Part shown: positions 24,790 through 38,802 of the stretch, piece by piece | How positions within the stretch are numbered: position 1 is the first letter of the stretch | How the letters are laid out: every line of letters starts with the position of its first letter | Source: Phyllosticta citribraziliensis | Taxonomy: Eukaryota | Direction of reading: 5' to 3' | NCBI RefSeq assembly: GCF_038025025.1 | Contig: NW_027117350.1 | Location: 682,001-746,000, forward strand | DNA length: 64,000 nucleotides | The notes under the pieces: generated by a model | Told to the model about the DNA's origin: nothing | The model's database searches: none | The model's input: only the letters and a program-made list of their open reading frames with translations | Translations under genes and position numbers: made by a program

Positions 24790-27700
24790 ATGGCCGCTCC
24801 CCAACCTCAGGAAATGTCCTCGAGCCCCTCGACCTCGACTCTCCGTCTTTCTCTCGGTCCCCTTGGTCGGACAGCTTCTCGACGAGGCTCCATAGCCTCG
24901 CTTTCTTCGCGTGGTCCCGTCGACAGAGAGGTCCTCCGCGAAGCCTTGGACCAGATCCACACATCTGCCTCGCGCTCAGAGTCGCTGACGACCTTTGACC
25001 AATTTGCTACCCCGCCGCCGGCAGCAGTACACGAGAGCAAGGGCATAGCAGGAGATTTGGTACAAGGGGGCCTGAGTGGGTTATATAATAGGTTCAAAAC
25101 GTCGGTGGGAAGACGGAGGGATAGTGGCGGCGGTCCACCGAGTTCAACAGGCTACGATAGCGACGGCTCCATCTCCAGCACGAGGACTGATGGGAAAAGG
25201 AAATCAACCAAGAGCGCAGCAGGGACGGCCGTGTCCTCGCCGGTGCTTCTGTCGACACCAACCTCTCATCTGCAGTCTCCTCTTGTGCCCTCTTTCAAAG
25301 ATGCCCCAACCTCTCATCCCTCTGAGAACCTGAATACTCCCAAAGCGGCTGCGTCTTCCTCCACGTCTGCAAACACACCTCAGTCTCCGTTGATGTTTCA
25401 AACCAAGGCTAAGCCTCTCTCTGCTCTCGCTCCTGTAGAACATGTGGCCGCGCAATCGCGTACTGGTTCGAGGTCCGAGTCGACTTCAGATCTACACCAC
25501 AACAGGCGTGCGAGCAACTCTACAACGTCATCGCAACTGGACCGGCATGCACATTCCCCTGCTGATCTCCGCCGGAGCATTCCCCGGAGCCATGCACCCG
25601 AGTCGTTGGATCCTTCACGGCCAAGCCTCATACACCGCGTCTCGGAAGATGACAGCTCGAGCGTATTTGGGGAGGACGACATCCTGCTCGTCGACGAGCC
25701 GCTGCCGACCGAACCAGGAGCTACGTGGTCCAATCGCCTGGACGTAACACAGGGCCAGCCGCCCCCAGCCGTCCACAGTGCACCTCTCACAAGGAAAAAC
25801 AGTCAAGTCGCACAGACAGCGCTGCTGAATCAGCCCAATGAAGCCCCTCCGAAGCTGCCAAACACTCCTAACGACTCCCTCGACGAGACTGTCGCCTCTG
25901 GTCCGATCGAAATCCCTTCGTCTGCTCAGCAGAGCGCCCAGCGGCCACCAATGGTGTCGATAGGTCCATCCCACCTCCCGGGATATCGTCCCTCGCGTGC
26001 TTCTTCTTCGGATGGAATTAGCTCTGTGACTACCCAAGTTCCGGCGCGAAATGCTTCAGCACAGCTTTCCGAGGAAGCGCTTCGCTCGGCTCCTCAGAGC
26101 AAGCAGCCTGAATTCCGGAGCGGTACCACTCTCGCCCAGATGAAGCGCAGGGTGTTGGGCAAAGAATTTTGGATGCGAGATGAAAATGCCAAGGACTGTT
26201 TCTACTGTGGCGAGGTCTTTTCAACATTTAGGCGCAAGCATCATTGCCGTGAGTTTTGTTGGAGTCTTGCGGGTGCAAGCTTGCTGACGATCAACAGGGA
26301 CGTGTGGTCAGATCTTTGATTCCAAGTGCACTTCGCTAGTTTCAGGTAAAGTCTTTGGGCAGTCTGGGAACATTCGCGTGTGCAAGCCTTGCGAGGCCAT
26401 TATCAATGGCAACGACGATGATTCCTCAGACTACTCGGAAGATGCAGACCAGAGTTCACTTTTCGAAAGCGAGGCAATATCAAGACAAATTGACCGCAGG
26501 GATTCGATAGAAACGGATGCTCTCAAAGGTGCTCAACCCGGCAACGAGAATTATAAGGGACGAGATCACACCAAAATTGGTGCCCCGACCATGGGGATAC
26601 CCACCTCTCGGAAGCCTGGAGAAAAGCGCATGCGTTCGGCCGTTATCGAGTTTAACGCAGGACAAACGATGCTGCCACGTCCCAGCTCGTCCAGATCTTT
26701 GCGGTCTCTGAGTATGAGGCCGCTTTCCTCGTCTGGCCACAGGCGCCATCACTCCAAACACCAACATATGCGCATGAAAGATGATCGGGCGCCGTTCCAT
26801 CGCCACCAGACGGAGGAGCTTGACAAGCGTTCGTTGCCAGCGTTCCACAACGACAGCATCATTGACCCGGATTTGGCCGCTTTCATGTCAGACGAGGAAT
26901 CAAGCGAAGAGGAGCACCCCAACATTTTTGCAACCTTGAGTCACGACCACCACGATGCTGGCCACAGCGAGACGGGTTTAGGTGGTTTGCTCGCCGCAAT
27001 CAAGAAAGGAAAGTCACGTGCAGGTGACCGGAGCATCGCAAGCCAGTTGGCTGCGCCCGCACGCGATTCGGACTCGCTCAGCATCTCCAGTCGACACGCA
27101 ACCCGCTTCAACCGACGGCGCAATCTCAGCGTGAGCAGTGTCACACATCGGCCGTCACCCAGGAGAGCCAAGAGCAACAGCCTGCTAAAGCCGTTCAGCA
27201 TCAGCCTCGGAAACTTTGTTGGGGGCCAATCTGGAGCTCTCCAAACGCTTGCCCAGGTCAGTGGTGGCGGGTCCAAGATGGTTCGCAGCGCTTCCATGCA
27301 TGGCCAACACGCCCCTGCAGTGGAACTGAACCGAGCCAGCCTGCAGCATGTCCGCAAGCTGCTGCGACAGATGGTCCAAGATGCCAAGATTGCAAATGTC
27401 TCTAGCTGGGAAAAGGCTCTCATGCCCATTCTCTTGAGGTGCACCGACGATGTCAATCCCGACGTTCAACGCAGCGACGACATTGATATCCGACACTACA
27501 TCAAACTCAAGAAAATCCCCGGGGGCAGACCTGGCGATACCTCGTACATTTCGGGCGTCGTCTTCACGAAGAATGTTGCTCTCAAGAGCATGCCCCGGAG
27601 CATACCTCAGCCTCGTGTGCTCATTGTTACCTTTGCTATAGAGTATGCACGTCATCAGCAACACTTTATGAGCCTGGAGCCCGTGATTGCTCAGGAAAGA

Positions 27701-30700
27701 GAGTTCCTGCGTAACCTCGTAGGCAGGATCGCAGCTCTCAACCCTCAGGTCTTATTGGTCCAACGCAACGTTTCTGGACTCGCTCTTCAGTACCTGGAAG
27801 AAAACAACATAACCGTCGTCTACAACGTCAAGCCTTCAGTCTTGAACGCCGTCGCCCGTTGCCTACAGATTCGCATGATTTCGTCAATCGACAAGCTTGC
27901 CACAGATCCGTCACACCTAGGACAGTGTCAGAGCTTCGACGTCAAGACTTACGTCCACGGTCGTGTCAAGAAGACGTACATTTATCTGTCAGGATGCAAA
28001 AAGGAGCTGGGCTGTACAATTGCACTCCGCGGGGCCGAAGTTGCGACGCTCAGGAAGCTCAAAGGAATCACAGAGTTCTTGTGCTACGTTGTCTACAACC
28101 TCAAGTTGGAGACTTGTCTGATGCGGGATGAATTTGTCCTCATTCCTTCGACGATTCACACCGAACTCAAGGCCCGCGAGCAGGTTACCGGCGCCGGTGC
28201 CCAAGTCAAGCAGCCCGCTGCATTGGAAAAGAAACAAGACCTTCTCCAAGTTCCTGGCGTCAACGAAGGGAGGAACATGGTTGCGTCTACTGATAGCGAG
28301 ACAGATCCGGAAAAGGCTGCGCTGCAAGCTGATGTGCCGCATGCGTCAGCTGGTGAGGCGATTTCCGTCCCGGAAGATGTACCCATGCCCTCATTTTACG
28401 GCGACATGGTCGAAAAGCACAAAACCAAAATTCTCTCCGCCTCGCCCTTCATCCAGTTCTCTCAGCCTTATCTCTTGACGCAAGCGCGTGAACAAGAGCG
28501 GCGTTTAGAGTATCTGAAGCGTCTGCGGGACCGTTATGGCGAAGAAGACGACCCAGAAGACGAGAAGCGAGAGATTGAGCCCAATCAAGTCTTTGAGCTT
28601 GTCCAGCCAGAGATGGTGCACTCTCTCGTTGACAAGGCTTCCAGACAAGTGCGGGACTTTTTGCATGCAGTGCACGATGCCGAATACGACAAGGCCATGC
28701 ACAACTACCTGACACAGAAGCGACAGTGGGAAATGTATCTCGCGGCAAATAACGACCTGTTCGACCCATACACGCACCAGAAGATTGCCGTTCTGTACAG
28801 CGTCGTCAATTCGATGACGTCGACTCCTTGCGTTGGCCCTGAAATCATCTCTCTCGAATTCTACAAGGAGCATGATCTCGAACCCGGGTTTGCTGCAGAT
28901 TGCACACTCGGCCAGTATGTCGAGGATCTATGCTACACGGCGACTCAAATATGCACTGCCAACGGGTGCGGGAAGAAAATGGTCGACCACCACCGACATT
29001 ACATTCACGGCGATGGCCAGATGAGTGTCGTGGTTGAGAAGTATCCATCCAAGATTCGCGGCCTTCACAACACCATCCTCATGTGGAGTAGCTGCCGAAT
29101 CTGCGGCCAGGAAACTCAGACGATTCCCATGTCTGAGAGCACGTGGAAATACTCGTTCGCCAAGTACCTTGAGCTGACTTATTGGAGCACCAACTTGCAT
29201 CCTCGGGCAGATATATGCCCTCACGACATTCATCGCAATCACGTGCGCTACTTTGGCTTTGCCAACACGGCGCTTCGCATTCAATATGACCCTATCCAAC
29301 TCTACGAGGTCATTGTGCCGCGACCGACAGTCACATGGAAAGTCGACCGTGATCTCAAATTGAAGAACGAGCAATTTCTCAAGATTGAGGAGCGTTTGGA
29401 TCGCTTCATGACTTCGGTCAAAGCTCGCATCCGCAGCATCCGCGTTGAAAGTGTGGTGCCTGAGAAAGCCGAGGCGTGCAAAGCTGAAGTCGAAAAGTTG
29501 ATCAAGCGTGCGAATGAAGAGCAGGATTTCTTGAGGAGTAAGCTCCAAGACAAGTACATGGGAAGCAGGTACTACGAAATAATCCCCTTGAACAGAGCGA
29601 TCCGAGCAATCCACGAAAAAGCACTGGCGTGGGATGATACCTTTGTCAAGTTCGAAAAGACATTCTTCCCAAGCGAGAAGGATATTCAGAGGCTTGCCGT
29701 GTTGCAGCTCAAGAAGATTTTCCTGGACCGCGACGAAAGCCAGACGACGGTGAACTCCATTGAAGAGGGCGTTGAGGAGGCCCCGGTTGTGCTCGACGGC
29801 GGCGAGAAGATTGACGACGAGAAGCTCAAAATCCAACCCACGCCAAGCAGCATGAGTCCGGAAGAAACAACGGACATGTTAAAAGAGGTGGTCGAGCAGG
29901 AAAACGCCGCTGAAAAGAGGGATGCCGACTCGCCTCCCGAAGCCGAGCAACAGCCAGAGACGCCATCTGAAAAGGTGCACGAAGCACCCAACATGGATCC
30001 AACTTTTGGGTTCCAGTCTCAAGCCGTGGATAGAGAAGACGTACGTCATCTAGACCTGGCTGTGTCTGCCGGCTCTCCGGGTTCGCCAAAAGGTGGTCAA
30101 GGGCAACCCACGCCGGCTCATCCCGAGTTACAAGCTTCTGCCGCGGCAGGCGACCTGTCACGGAGTTCAGGAACATCAGCTACTGCGTCGACCGTCATTC
30201 CGCCGATACCGCTATCGCGTGGCATTTCCGACATTGTCGAGCAGATGCGAGGGCATTCCGATATTCAGGATTCGTCAGACACGACGCCTGAATCTCGCAT
30301 ACCCAGACTGTCGGACATTCCCAAGCGTGACGTGGGGTCAACTCTTCTGAACCGGACCCAATCAGCAACAGGCATGGCCCGAATCCAGCAGCAAGGCCTA
30401 GCTGCGCCTTCAAGCAATGGAGCCAACTCTTCGGATGGCAAGTCGGACACGGGAAAGCCAAGCTTTGTAGAGACTGCCCGCACACTCGAGGAACGCATGT
30501 CGAAGCGACTCAGTAGTCTCGGTGGTACCTTGAGAGCCAACAAGTCATCAATGATTCCGCGGTCGATTCCCAGCAAGCAGCAAAACACCAAGGTTTCGAC
30601 TCTTGCGAAGCATTTTGAGCAGCTGAGCAAAGAGTTTGAAAGACAACGGCTGCGGGAACGCCACCAAAGAGCGGCAAAAAGTCGTCAGGCACGGGCGTAT

Positions 30701-32465
30701 CCTCTTGCATCGTCGAAACCCATTGTCGAAGTGTATAGAGATGCCCGCGATGCCGCTCAAGAAAGGGAGACTGATGAAGACTTGTCCGGCACCAGTCCAC
30801 CACAGAGATCCAGTGCTGATACCAGTGCTCTCGACGAGAGTGGCTACACTTCAGCAACAGAGCCCACGAATGAATCACGATCCTCGGCTGAAGAGCATCC
30901 TGCTGACTCAACCGAAATTGTGAGGCCTGTTGATGGTGGTGAGAGTGTCACCGACTCTGCAAGTCTTCATCTCACTTCTGACGCCGAGGCCGAGGCAAGT
31001 GATGTTGATCACAGCCTCCTCGAAGACATTGGCATTCCGGATATCGGCGATGATTCACAGAGTCTGCCCACCATGGACTCCTCCATGGATCTCAGTGTGG
31101 ATCTTCCCAAGCACGAAAAGAGTTTTATGATGAAGATGCTCAACAACTTTTGGTCGGAACGCTCTGCTAGCGGCTGGACCCCTCTCGACTATCCATTCGC
31201 TCCCATCGAGCACGTATGGGAAGATTCAGACATTATCGTGCGTGAGGACGAACCCAGCTCCATCATAGCACTGGCCCTTTCGAGTGCAGACTACCAGGCC
31301 AAGCTCAAAGAATTTCGGTTTGAGCCAAGTTTGAGCGAAGCTAGCGAGTACGATCCGGCTATCATCGAAGACGAGAACATTGAGCGGAACCTCCGACACA
31401 AGTCCAACACCAACATCAAGTACGTCTTTCAAAATAGGGGCGTACGGGCGACGTGCAAAATCTTCTATGCTCAGTCGTTTGACGCTCTGCGCCGCAAGTG
31501 TGGCGTTGCCGACCGGTTTGTCGAGTCTCTGTCTCGCTGCTTGAAATGGGATTCCAAGGGCGGCAAGACCAAGTCCCTCTTCCTCAAGACCCTAGACGAC
31601 CGATTTGTGCTCAAGTCGCTGTCATCGGTGGAGGTCAATGCCTTTTTCAAGTTTGCCCCGGACTACTTTTCTTTCACCCATCAAAACCTATTCAACAACC
31701 TGCCGTCGGTGATTGCCAAAATGTTTGGCCTATTCCAAGTCACCATTAAGAATCCAGCATCAGGCCGCGACTTTGACTGCTTCATGTTGGTCATGGAGAA
31801 TTTATTTTACGACCGTGGCAATGATCTCCGGCGGTTTGATCTGAAGGGCTCGATGCGCAACAGAAAGATCCAGAGCACGGGCGAGCAAGATGAGGTGCTT
31901 CTTGACGAAAATTTGGTTGACATCATCTTCGAGAAGCCAATTTTCGTTCGAGAACACACCAAGAAGACGCTCTCTTTGAGTGTCTACAACGACACGCTTT
32001 TCTTGTCTAAGCAGAACGTCATGGACTACAGTCTGATGGCTGGATTCAACGATGCAGATAGGGAGATTGTTGTTGGCATCATAGGTAAGCCCTTCCAAGC
32101 TAACTCAGGTGTTTGGTACTAACATTTGGACAGACTGCATCCGCACCTACACCTGGGACAAGAAACTGGAGACGTGGATCAAAGATCGCGGCAAGAATAA
32201 GCCGACAGTCACCAGTCCCAAGGACTACAGGCAGAGATTCCGTGTCGCCATGTCAACATATATCCTGCAGGCCCCAGATTTTTGGCATGCGTTCAACACG
32301 ACGGCTGTTCAAGCCCAGGCGCAGGCCCACGAACAGAGCAAGTCGAATCTGCTGCACGGAGGTGGAAGTCATCTGGAGCCCGTCGACTCCAACAAGGGAA
32401 GGGACCAAACTGGTGGCGAGGAACTTTTGCAGGCGCAAGATGGCTCGACAGTCCAAGTTGAGTGA
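24790..32465 (+). CDS. FAB1: 1-phosphatidylinositol-3-phosphate 5-kinase Fab1/PIKfyve (~2525 aa)
   Basis: Exons 24790-26248, 26298-32084, 32134-32465. FYVE domain (FWMRDE..CFYC..RRKHHCRTCG), CCT/Cpn60-like domain ([10 protein letters not shown]) and PIPK domain ([38 protein letters not shown]). Confidence 0.96.
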
Positions 32466-33096
32466 GTGAAGACTGCAGCGTAGACGATTTCTTTTGCTCT
32501 TTCTTTCCTGTCTTTCACGATGCAACGTAGATGGCGGCCTTTTGACGAGCACATTCGGCCTTTTGTGCCCTGGATTTATCACGGGATCAGGCATAGCGAG
32601 GCGCATCATTTGGGAGGATTGACTTGTCTGCTAGCTCTTTTGCTCGAGATATGATAATGGTTTTAGGGGAGTGAATAATGCACGACTTTTTTCTTGCCCC
32701 AAGAGCGGATTCCCTAATTAGGAAGGCAAACCACGTCAAGCTGCGACGCGAAACTTTATCCAAACTCTGGTCAGTCGTGCTTGCAGCATCCCACCTTTGG
32801 ATCCTGCCAATTAGCGGGTTTAGCGGGGCGTACCGGTATCTGCGAGTGACAGGCGTTCGTTGCTGTCTGCTCCGCAACTTGCGATGGTGCAAGCGGTCAC
32901 GTGTGTTTCGTCATCACGACCAACCGTAGACGGCTTAAGAACACCTCATGGCTTTTGATTTGAAGAACAATCAATTGTTGGCGTGTTACAGACTCAGGGA
33001 ATCGGGTGGTATTTTCTTCGAGAATTGCAAACTTCGACTAGTCGTGGAAGCTTGTCTTGCTGCCAGTAAACTCTTATCTGGAACCGCCTCACGACA

Positions 33097-35095
33097 ATGG
33101 TCACGCCAACAACAAATGGCTCTTACGGGACTGCCAATGGCAGCGCGAAGCCCAAAAAGAAGATGATTCTCAACGCCTTTGTCGAAATGTGTAAGTTTGC
33201 ACTCCAAACAGAAGGACTATTCCCAACACCACAAACCAGGCAGCGGACATCAATCGCCGGGGCTCTGGAAGCACCCAGACGACGAGTCGATGAATTTCAA
33301 CAGTGTGCAGCACTGGATCAAGCTGGCGCAGCTGCTCGACGAAGGTGGGTTCCACGCCATGTTCATCGCCGACGTGCTGGGCGGATACGACGTGTACCGC
33401 GGGCCACGCAACCTCGACCCGGCCATTGCGTCTGGCGCCCAGTGGCCCGTCAACGAGCCCGTCCAGGTCATTCCGGCCATGGCGGCGGCGACCAAGAATT
33501 TGGGCTTTGGCGTCACCGTGGCGACGACGTATGAGCAGCCGTATCATCTGGCGAGGAGGTTGAGTACGTTGGATCATCTGACCGGGGGAAGGTGAGTCGG
33601 CTTTTTCTTTTACAATGGCTCTTCTTGAGTCGTTGTCGTTTTTAAATTCTTACTGCGGATTCCGGAATGCGGTTCCACGGAATGGACACATGTCTGACGT
33701 GAATCAGAGTTGGCTGGAACGTGGTAACCGGCTACCTGGATGCCGCAGCACGCAATCTGGGAATGACGTCGCAGCCCGACCACGACGACCGCTATGCCCT
33801 GGCAGAAGAGTTTATGGAAGTTGTGTACAAGCTGTGGCAGTCGTCATGGCGCGAAGACGCCGTCGTGCTCGACCGCAAGACGGGCATCTACACCGAGCCC
33901 AGCCGCGTCCGCGAAATCAACCATGAGGGTAAGCACTTTACGGTCCCAGGGCCGCACATCTGCCAGCCGTCGCCACAGCGCGTGCCCGTCATCATGCAGG
34001 CGGGCACGTCCAAAGCCGGCACGGCCTTTTCCAGCAAGCACGCCGAAATGGTGTTTGTGTCAGGACACAGCCCAGCGGCCTGCGCCAACTTTGTCAAGAC
34101 GATCCGCGAGGGGGCCAAAAAGTCAGGCCGCGACCCGCAGAGCATCAAGGTGCTGAGCAAGATTGTCATCGTGGTGGGGCGGACGCAAGAAGAGGCCGAG
34201 GCCAAGTACGCCGAGTACGCGTCGTATGGCGACACGGAAGGCGCGCTGGCCCTGTTTGGCGGTTGGACCGGCTACGACATGGCCCAGTATCAGGACGACG
34301 AGGAGCTGCGCGTCGTCGAGACCAACGCTATCCGCAGCTACATGGAGGCGCTCGGCAAGCACCAGCCCAAGGTTGGCAAGTGGACCAAGAAGGCGCTTGC
34401 TGAGAACGTCTCGGTTGGTGGACTGGGTGGCACCATAGTCGGCTCGCCCGAGCACGTCGCTGACGAGCTGGAGCGCTGGATCGAGGAGTCGGATTTGGAT
34501 GGCTTCAACATTGTGGGTCTCCTATCAAGAAGAGTTTCGTGGAAGTTGCAACTGACCATTGACACAGGCGTACGCCATTCTGCCGCAATCCTTTATCGAC
34601 ATTGCCGAGCTCCTGATTCCCGAGCTCCGCAGACGAGGCATCTTCCATGAAGGCCCTCAGGGCGGCACTCTTCGCGAATTCATTTCCGGCAAAAAGGGTC
34701 AGAACCTGCCAGCGGCAGACCACCCAGCATCAAACTATCTCTGGAGGGCGCCGTCGAGTCAAGAGAATGCCTCGAAGCCCTTTTCTTCCGTTGGAGCCGC
34801 ATCGCCTACAAGAAGCTCGAAACCGTTCTCGAGCCTGGCTCAAGGTTTGGCCGGCGGCAGTCACCCATCTGGCAGTGCCAGCAGCTCATATGTGAATGGT
34901 GCCTCTCACGGTTCTGCAGCTTTCAGCGGTTTATCGAACGGGGTCAACGGGGTCGGCGCAGTAAACGGAGTTAATGGGGTCAAACCTGCTGCACCGACGC
35001 AGTCGACGAATCAAACCAACGGCATTGGAGGGAAGAAGAGCTTCAACAATGTGTTTGACTTTGGCTTTGATTCTCTTTCTCTCCGGATCGACTGA
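33097..35095 (+). CDS. NtaA/DszA/LadA-family flavin-dependent (luciferase-like) monooxygenase (~592 aa)
   Basis: Exons 33097-33190, 33240-33591, 33708-34512, 34568-35095. Motifs [68 protein letters not shown] and DGFNI. Confidence 0.9.
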
Positions 35096-35789
35096 GTGGA
35101 ACGGAAGTCACGTAGTCAGTCTTGTAGTAATGATTAGAGCAAGGCTTGGTAGCAAAAAAAGATAGTTTGCCAGAAAGCACCACTACATACGGGAGTTATT
35201 GTGATTTTGATGCTTCTACCCTGTCTGCTGTGGTACATTTTGTCTGTGCACGTATGCAACAGCCCACTGTAAGCGAGAGCGAAATAACGGTTCAACCGGG
35301 TCTGCTTATACCTCGAGCTTTTGCATCTTGTCTGAATCTTGCCCCGCATCCTAGAATATGCTCTTTCTTCTTGAAGTGACAATGGATGTAAGTGGCAATA
35401 GTCGTGGAGTACTTCTGTATCGTTCCTCTGCCCCGTGCGCACTGTAGCCACGGCGGCCCCAGCTTACTTGTGGGTCAACATATCACTTGTTGACTTGTTC
35501 AAGGCGTGGATTAAGTGTAATAGAGTGGTTAAATAGTGTGAGGCAACTTTGGAGTGCAAACTGCCCCCAGTAAAAAGAAGTGTTTGTAGGATGGAAAACA
35601 TGCCAAAGCTTCAACCAAAGCTCATCCAAGCTTTCCTACAGATAAATCAGGGTTCCCAGGGGTACTTTCCAGCCTGGAGAAGCGCCAGGGGTCCAAAAAG
35701 TTCCGCTTCTCTGCACCCAGCCCACATGACTGACAAAACACCAACCAAAAACAAAAGAAACTTCTCGTCTGAGACGAGGCATGGTTGTA

Positions 35790-35878
35790 CTCTCCGACGG
35801 GGAATCGAACCCCGGTCTCCCGCGCTTGCACTACGCTGTAATGACAAGCGGAAATCATCACCACTAGACCATCGAAGA
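35790..35878 (-). tRNA. tRNA-Asp(GTC) with a 17-nt intron (35841-35825)
   Basis: Acceptor stem TCTTCGA/TCGGAGA with G discriminator, D arm GGTCTAGTGG, anticodon arm TCCGC-TT-GTC-A[intron]C-GCGGG and T arm CGGGGTTCGATTCCCCG. Spliced length is 72 nt, and T-runs about 30-45 nt downstream fit a Pol III terminator. Confidence 0.95.
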
Positions 35879-36950
35879 TGTTGTTGAGAAAGACCTCGAT
35901 AGATTTTATTATAATTTGCAAAATTCTGACGTTTCGGGAAGGAACAACTGTCCGCTGACCATACAGAAAGAATGCTAGAACTCCAAAGAATATAGGAAAC
36001 TTATTTTGAGCACTTATAGAGAGATTTGATTTATTGGGTACTCTGTGTGGACATATCTGACTTCACAAAATCTGGTGTGGGCTAGGTTTCGAATCAGGAA
36101 ACTGCGTGGTCTCCGCGTGATCCCGAATCTGCATGCGCACCTTCTACTGATGCAAACGACCAAGGTCTTCCTCTGCTTTCTTCTACTGCTCACTTCCACA
36201 GCCTTATTCTAGCGTTATTAAATTTACTAAACATCCAGACCTTCTTTATGGTAGCAGCAGCCTGTCGGCTTTCTTGTTTTCTTTGTAACCTAGACACCTC
36301 ATGTAATCCCTCTTTTGCAACTTGTGCGCGATGGACAGTTTACAGTCTTCGACCAGCTTCACTAATTCCGCCTCCCAGAGCAGACGATATACTCAGTGCG
36401 TCCGCAATCTAGACGGTGAGATCACTTTGCGCGTTAGCCAAATTGTTTTTACTATTGAGAAGGATCGATCAACGAGAATTAGTACAAAAACTAAAGCAGA
36501 GGGCGGGCCTCGCGCCTGAAAGTCTCGCACGCAAAGCGCAACTCAGAATAGCAAATTGGTCCAGCAGAGCCATCTTGGAATGAATGAACTAGAAAAGGTC
36601 TGGGGAATCTCTCAATGACCCGATGGATCACTCACGTCTCTTTGGAGGATCCGGATCGGAATCACACAGTAGGGAAGATAGAGTGAGACCAGGTATTTGA
36701 AGTCATGGCACCAAAAAATGCAGAAGATAGGTAACTAGAGGAAATTCGCGTCACCATAGGAGCTTTGTCAGGAAGCATACAACTCTTGAGCAGACTAGGG
36801 GATCAGGAGCATTCAATTCCCTGAAGCGATGAACATCAGAAAGAGCAGTCAAGCGGCCCATGTAATTACTTATTTACTGTTCAATGAGTAGAGATGCAAC
36901 CTGAAAATATCGCCAAGCGCATGCATGATTTTGAGAGAAAGCCAAATGAT

Positions 36951-38545
36951 CTAGGGAATGCCTGGCTCCCCCTTCTCGCCAACTTTTCCTTCAACACCAC
37001 TGTACGTGAATCCCGCTTCGACAACTGGCTCCGTCTGGGCCGTTTCGCTTCGACTTTGCAGTTCCGCTTGTCTCTCCCATTCCATCTCCTGGGTATATTG
37101 CGTTCCAAGGGCCGACAGAAATCCCTCGGCGTTCCCCAACCCGCCGAACCTGTTCATGCTCCTTTCAAACACTTCTTCATTTCGGAAAATCTTATCGTAT
37201 GGATTTGGATGAGCTTGGACATAATATGCGGCACCGAGAATCCCAACGGCAACTGAAGCCAGGAACGTTGAAAAGCCGTGAATCAGTGGCTCTGAAGGTG
37301 CGTACAACTTCTTGCCTGGTGGTGGAATGATCGGAGAGGGGAGAATCCAGCGATTCAATCCAGGAATCATCGCCGTGATGTTATGGGCAATGTTGGAGAT
37401 TGCACCAGTTGCCGTGACTGGCGCAGACGGTGCCCATGGAAGCAGCAAGCCAAGCTCCCTGCGGCCTTGAGTGATGAGTTCGGGGCTACGGCGAAGGTCG
37501 TTCAGCGCCATAAAGTCCGAGGGCTTTGGACTTTCTGCCCCGACTGTCAGCGAGCGCATGCGATTGATGTACTCCTCAAGGTGCAGATAACGGGTCCTGA
37601 TGTGATCTGACAGCCACGGAGATGGCATGTCGGGATACAGCATTAGTGCAAGGTATCCGAACGCCAGACAATCTAGGGTGGTTGGGTGGTCGCTCTTGAC
37701 CAAAAACTCCTTTTCCTCGAGAAGGGCGTCGAGCGGTGCCAAACAGTCATCAGCAACTGCTGCGAGCTTGAAGCGCTCCGCGTACTCTGGCTGACGCAGA
37801 AACCCCCTCAGACCTCTACCCTTGCCAAAGATCAGACTGTTGCGATATGGTGCCGGTCCCTGCTCCTGGATGCCAGCATTTCTTTTGGCAGCCGAGAAGC
37901 TGTCTTCCACCACACCCTCATTGTCCGCGAAAGTATCCAAGTCAAGGTCGTTCAGTCCCAAATGCTGTGTTCGCAACCGCGCAGCCTCCCGACGAGCCCC
38001 AGGGACAGTATAATTCAAATGTGCCGGAAGGAGGGTTGTGAATGCGGGGGAGGTTGCCGAGTAGTAGTTGGCAGATGAGACGTAGAGGTTTAGGTCGACA
38101 AGAGGCAGCGCGTTGGCGCGAAGGAACGAGGTGTATCTAGCAAAGACAGCGTGTTAATAATATCCCCTGGTCAGAGAAAGCACTCCGATACGTACGCGAT
38201 GATGTCGGCGCGTCTCCTCTCGCTGAGCTCTTCATCAAGTTTGCGCTCGATGGCGCTGTGCTTTTGAAGGTATTGCACAATGGCATGAAATCCACTGATC
38301 CAGGTTGGTCCGTTACGTAGCGCAGGGAAGGCTTCTAGTTTCTTGCATTAGCATTGGGCTCTCTGGCAAAGCAAGTCTCCTGAGACGCACGCACTGTTCG
38401 GGCTCAGCGAAACATCGTGAGCGGCAACAACTGCCCAGGCTCCATCGCGCAGAGTCTGCTGCGCATACGCGATGGCGGCGATGCACTCTGGGTCCACTGA
38501 AGGCAGACCAAAGCCCGGACCCCAGACGTGCAGCTCCAGAACCAT
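36951..38545 (-). CDS. SAM37: Mitochondrial outer-membrane SAM complex subunit Sam37/metaxin-like protein (~491 aa)
   Basis: Exons 38545-38395, 38334-38196, 38136-36951. Metaxin N-terminus LELHVWGPGFGLPSVDPECIAAIAY, GST-C-like segment PTTLDCLAFGYLALML and a C-terminal TM segment FLASVAVGILGAAYY. Confidence 0.85.
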
Positions 38546-38802
38546 AATGTCGGTGGATGCGGGATGTGGTGTTGAAGCAAGAGTGCTGTTGCAGGGGCGG
38601 GAGCTTCCATTTTGCGGGACGCTCAGATCCTCCGCGAAACCTCCGAACGTCATCGCAGCTCCGCAACTACCACTCGCCTTCATCAACTCCGCAACTCAAC
38701 GAATCCAAACACAGAGAGCCTCGTCAATTTCTCTCTTCCTCGAGCTAAACAGTTCAAAGCCTTTCATCCCGCATCTTACGTTGTCCCGGCCCGCAAGTCG
38801 GC

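Noticed and set aside
32896..32903. GTCACGTG (Cbf1/bHLH-type site) upstream of the monooxygenase
   Set aside because: A single 8-mer cannot be distinguished from chance without conservation data.
33097..35095. Recent horizontal transfer of a bacterial-type monooxygenase
   Set aside because: It has three canonical introns and host-like codon usage, and this family is known from filamentous fungi.
35764..35778. Inverted repeat CTCGTCT-G-AGACGAG in the tRNA 3' trailer
   Set aside because: It is a short isolated palindrome with no other support; the Pol III T-run accounts for termination.
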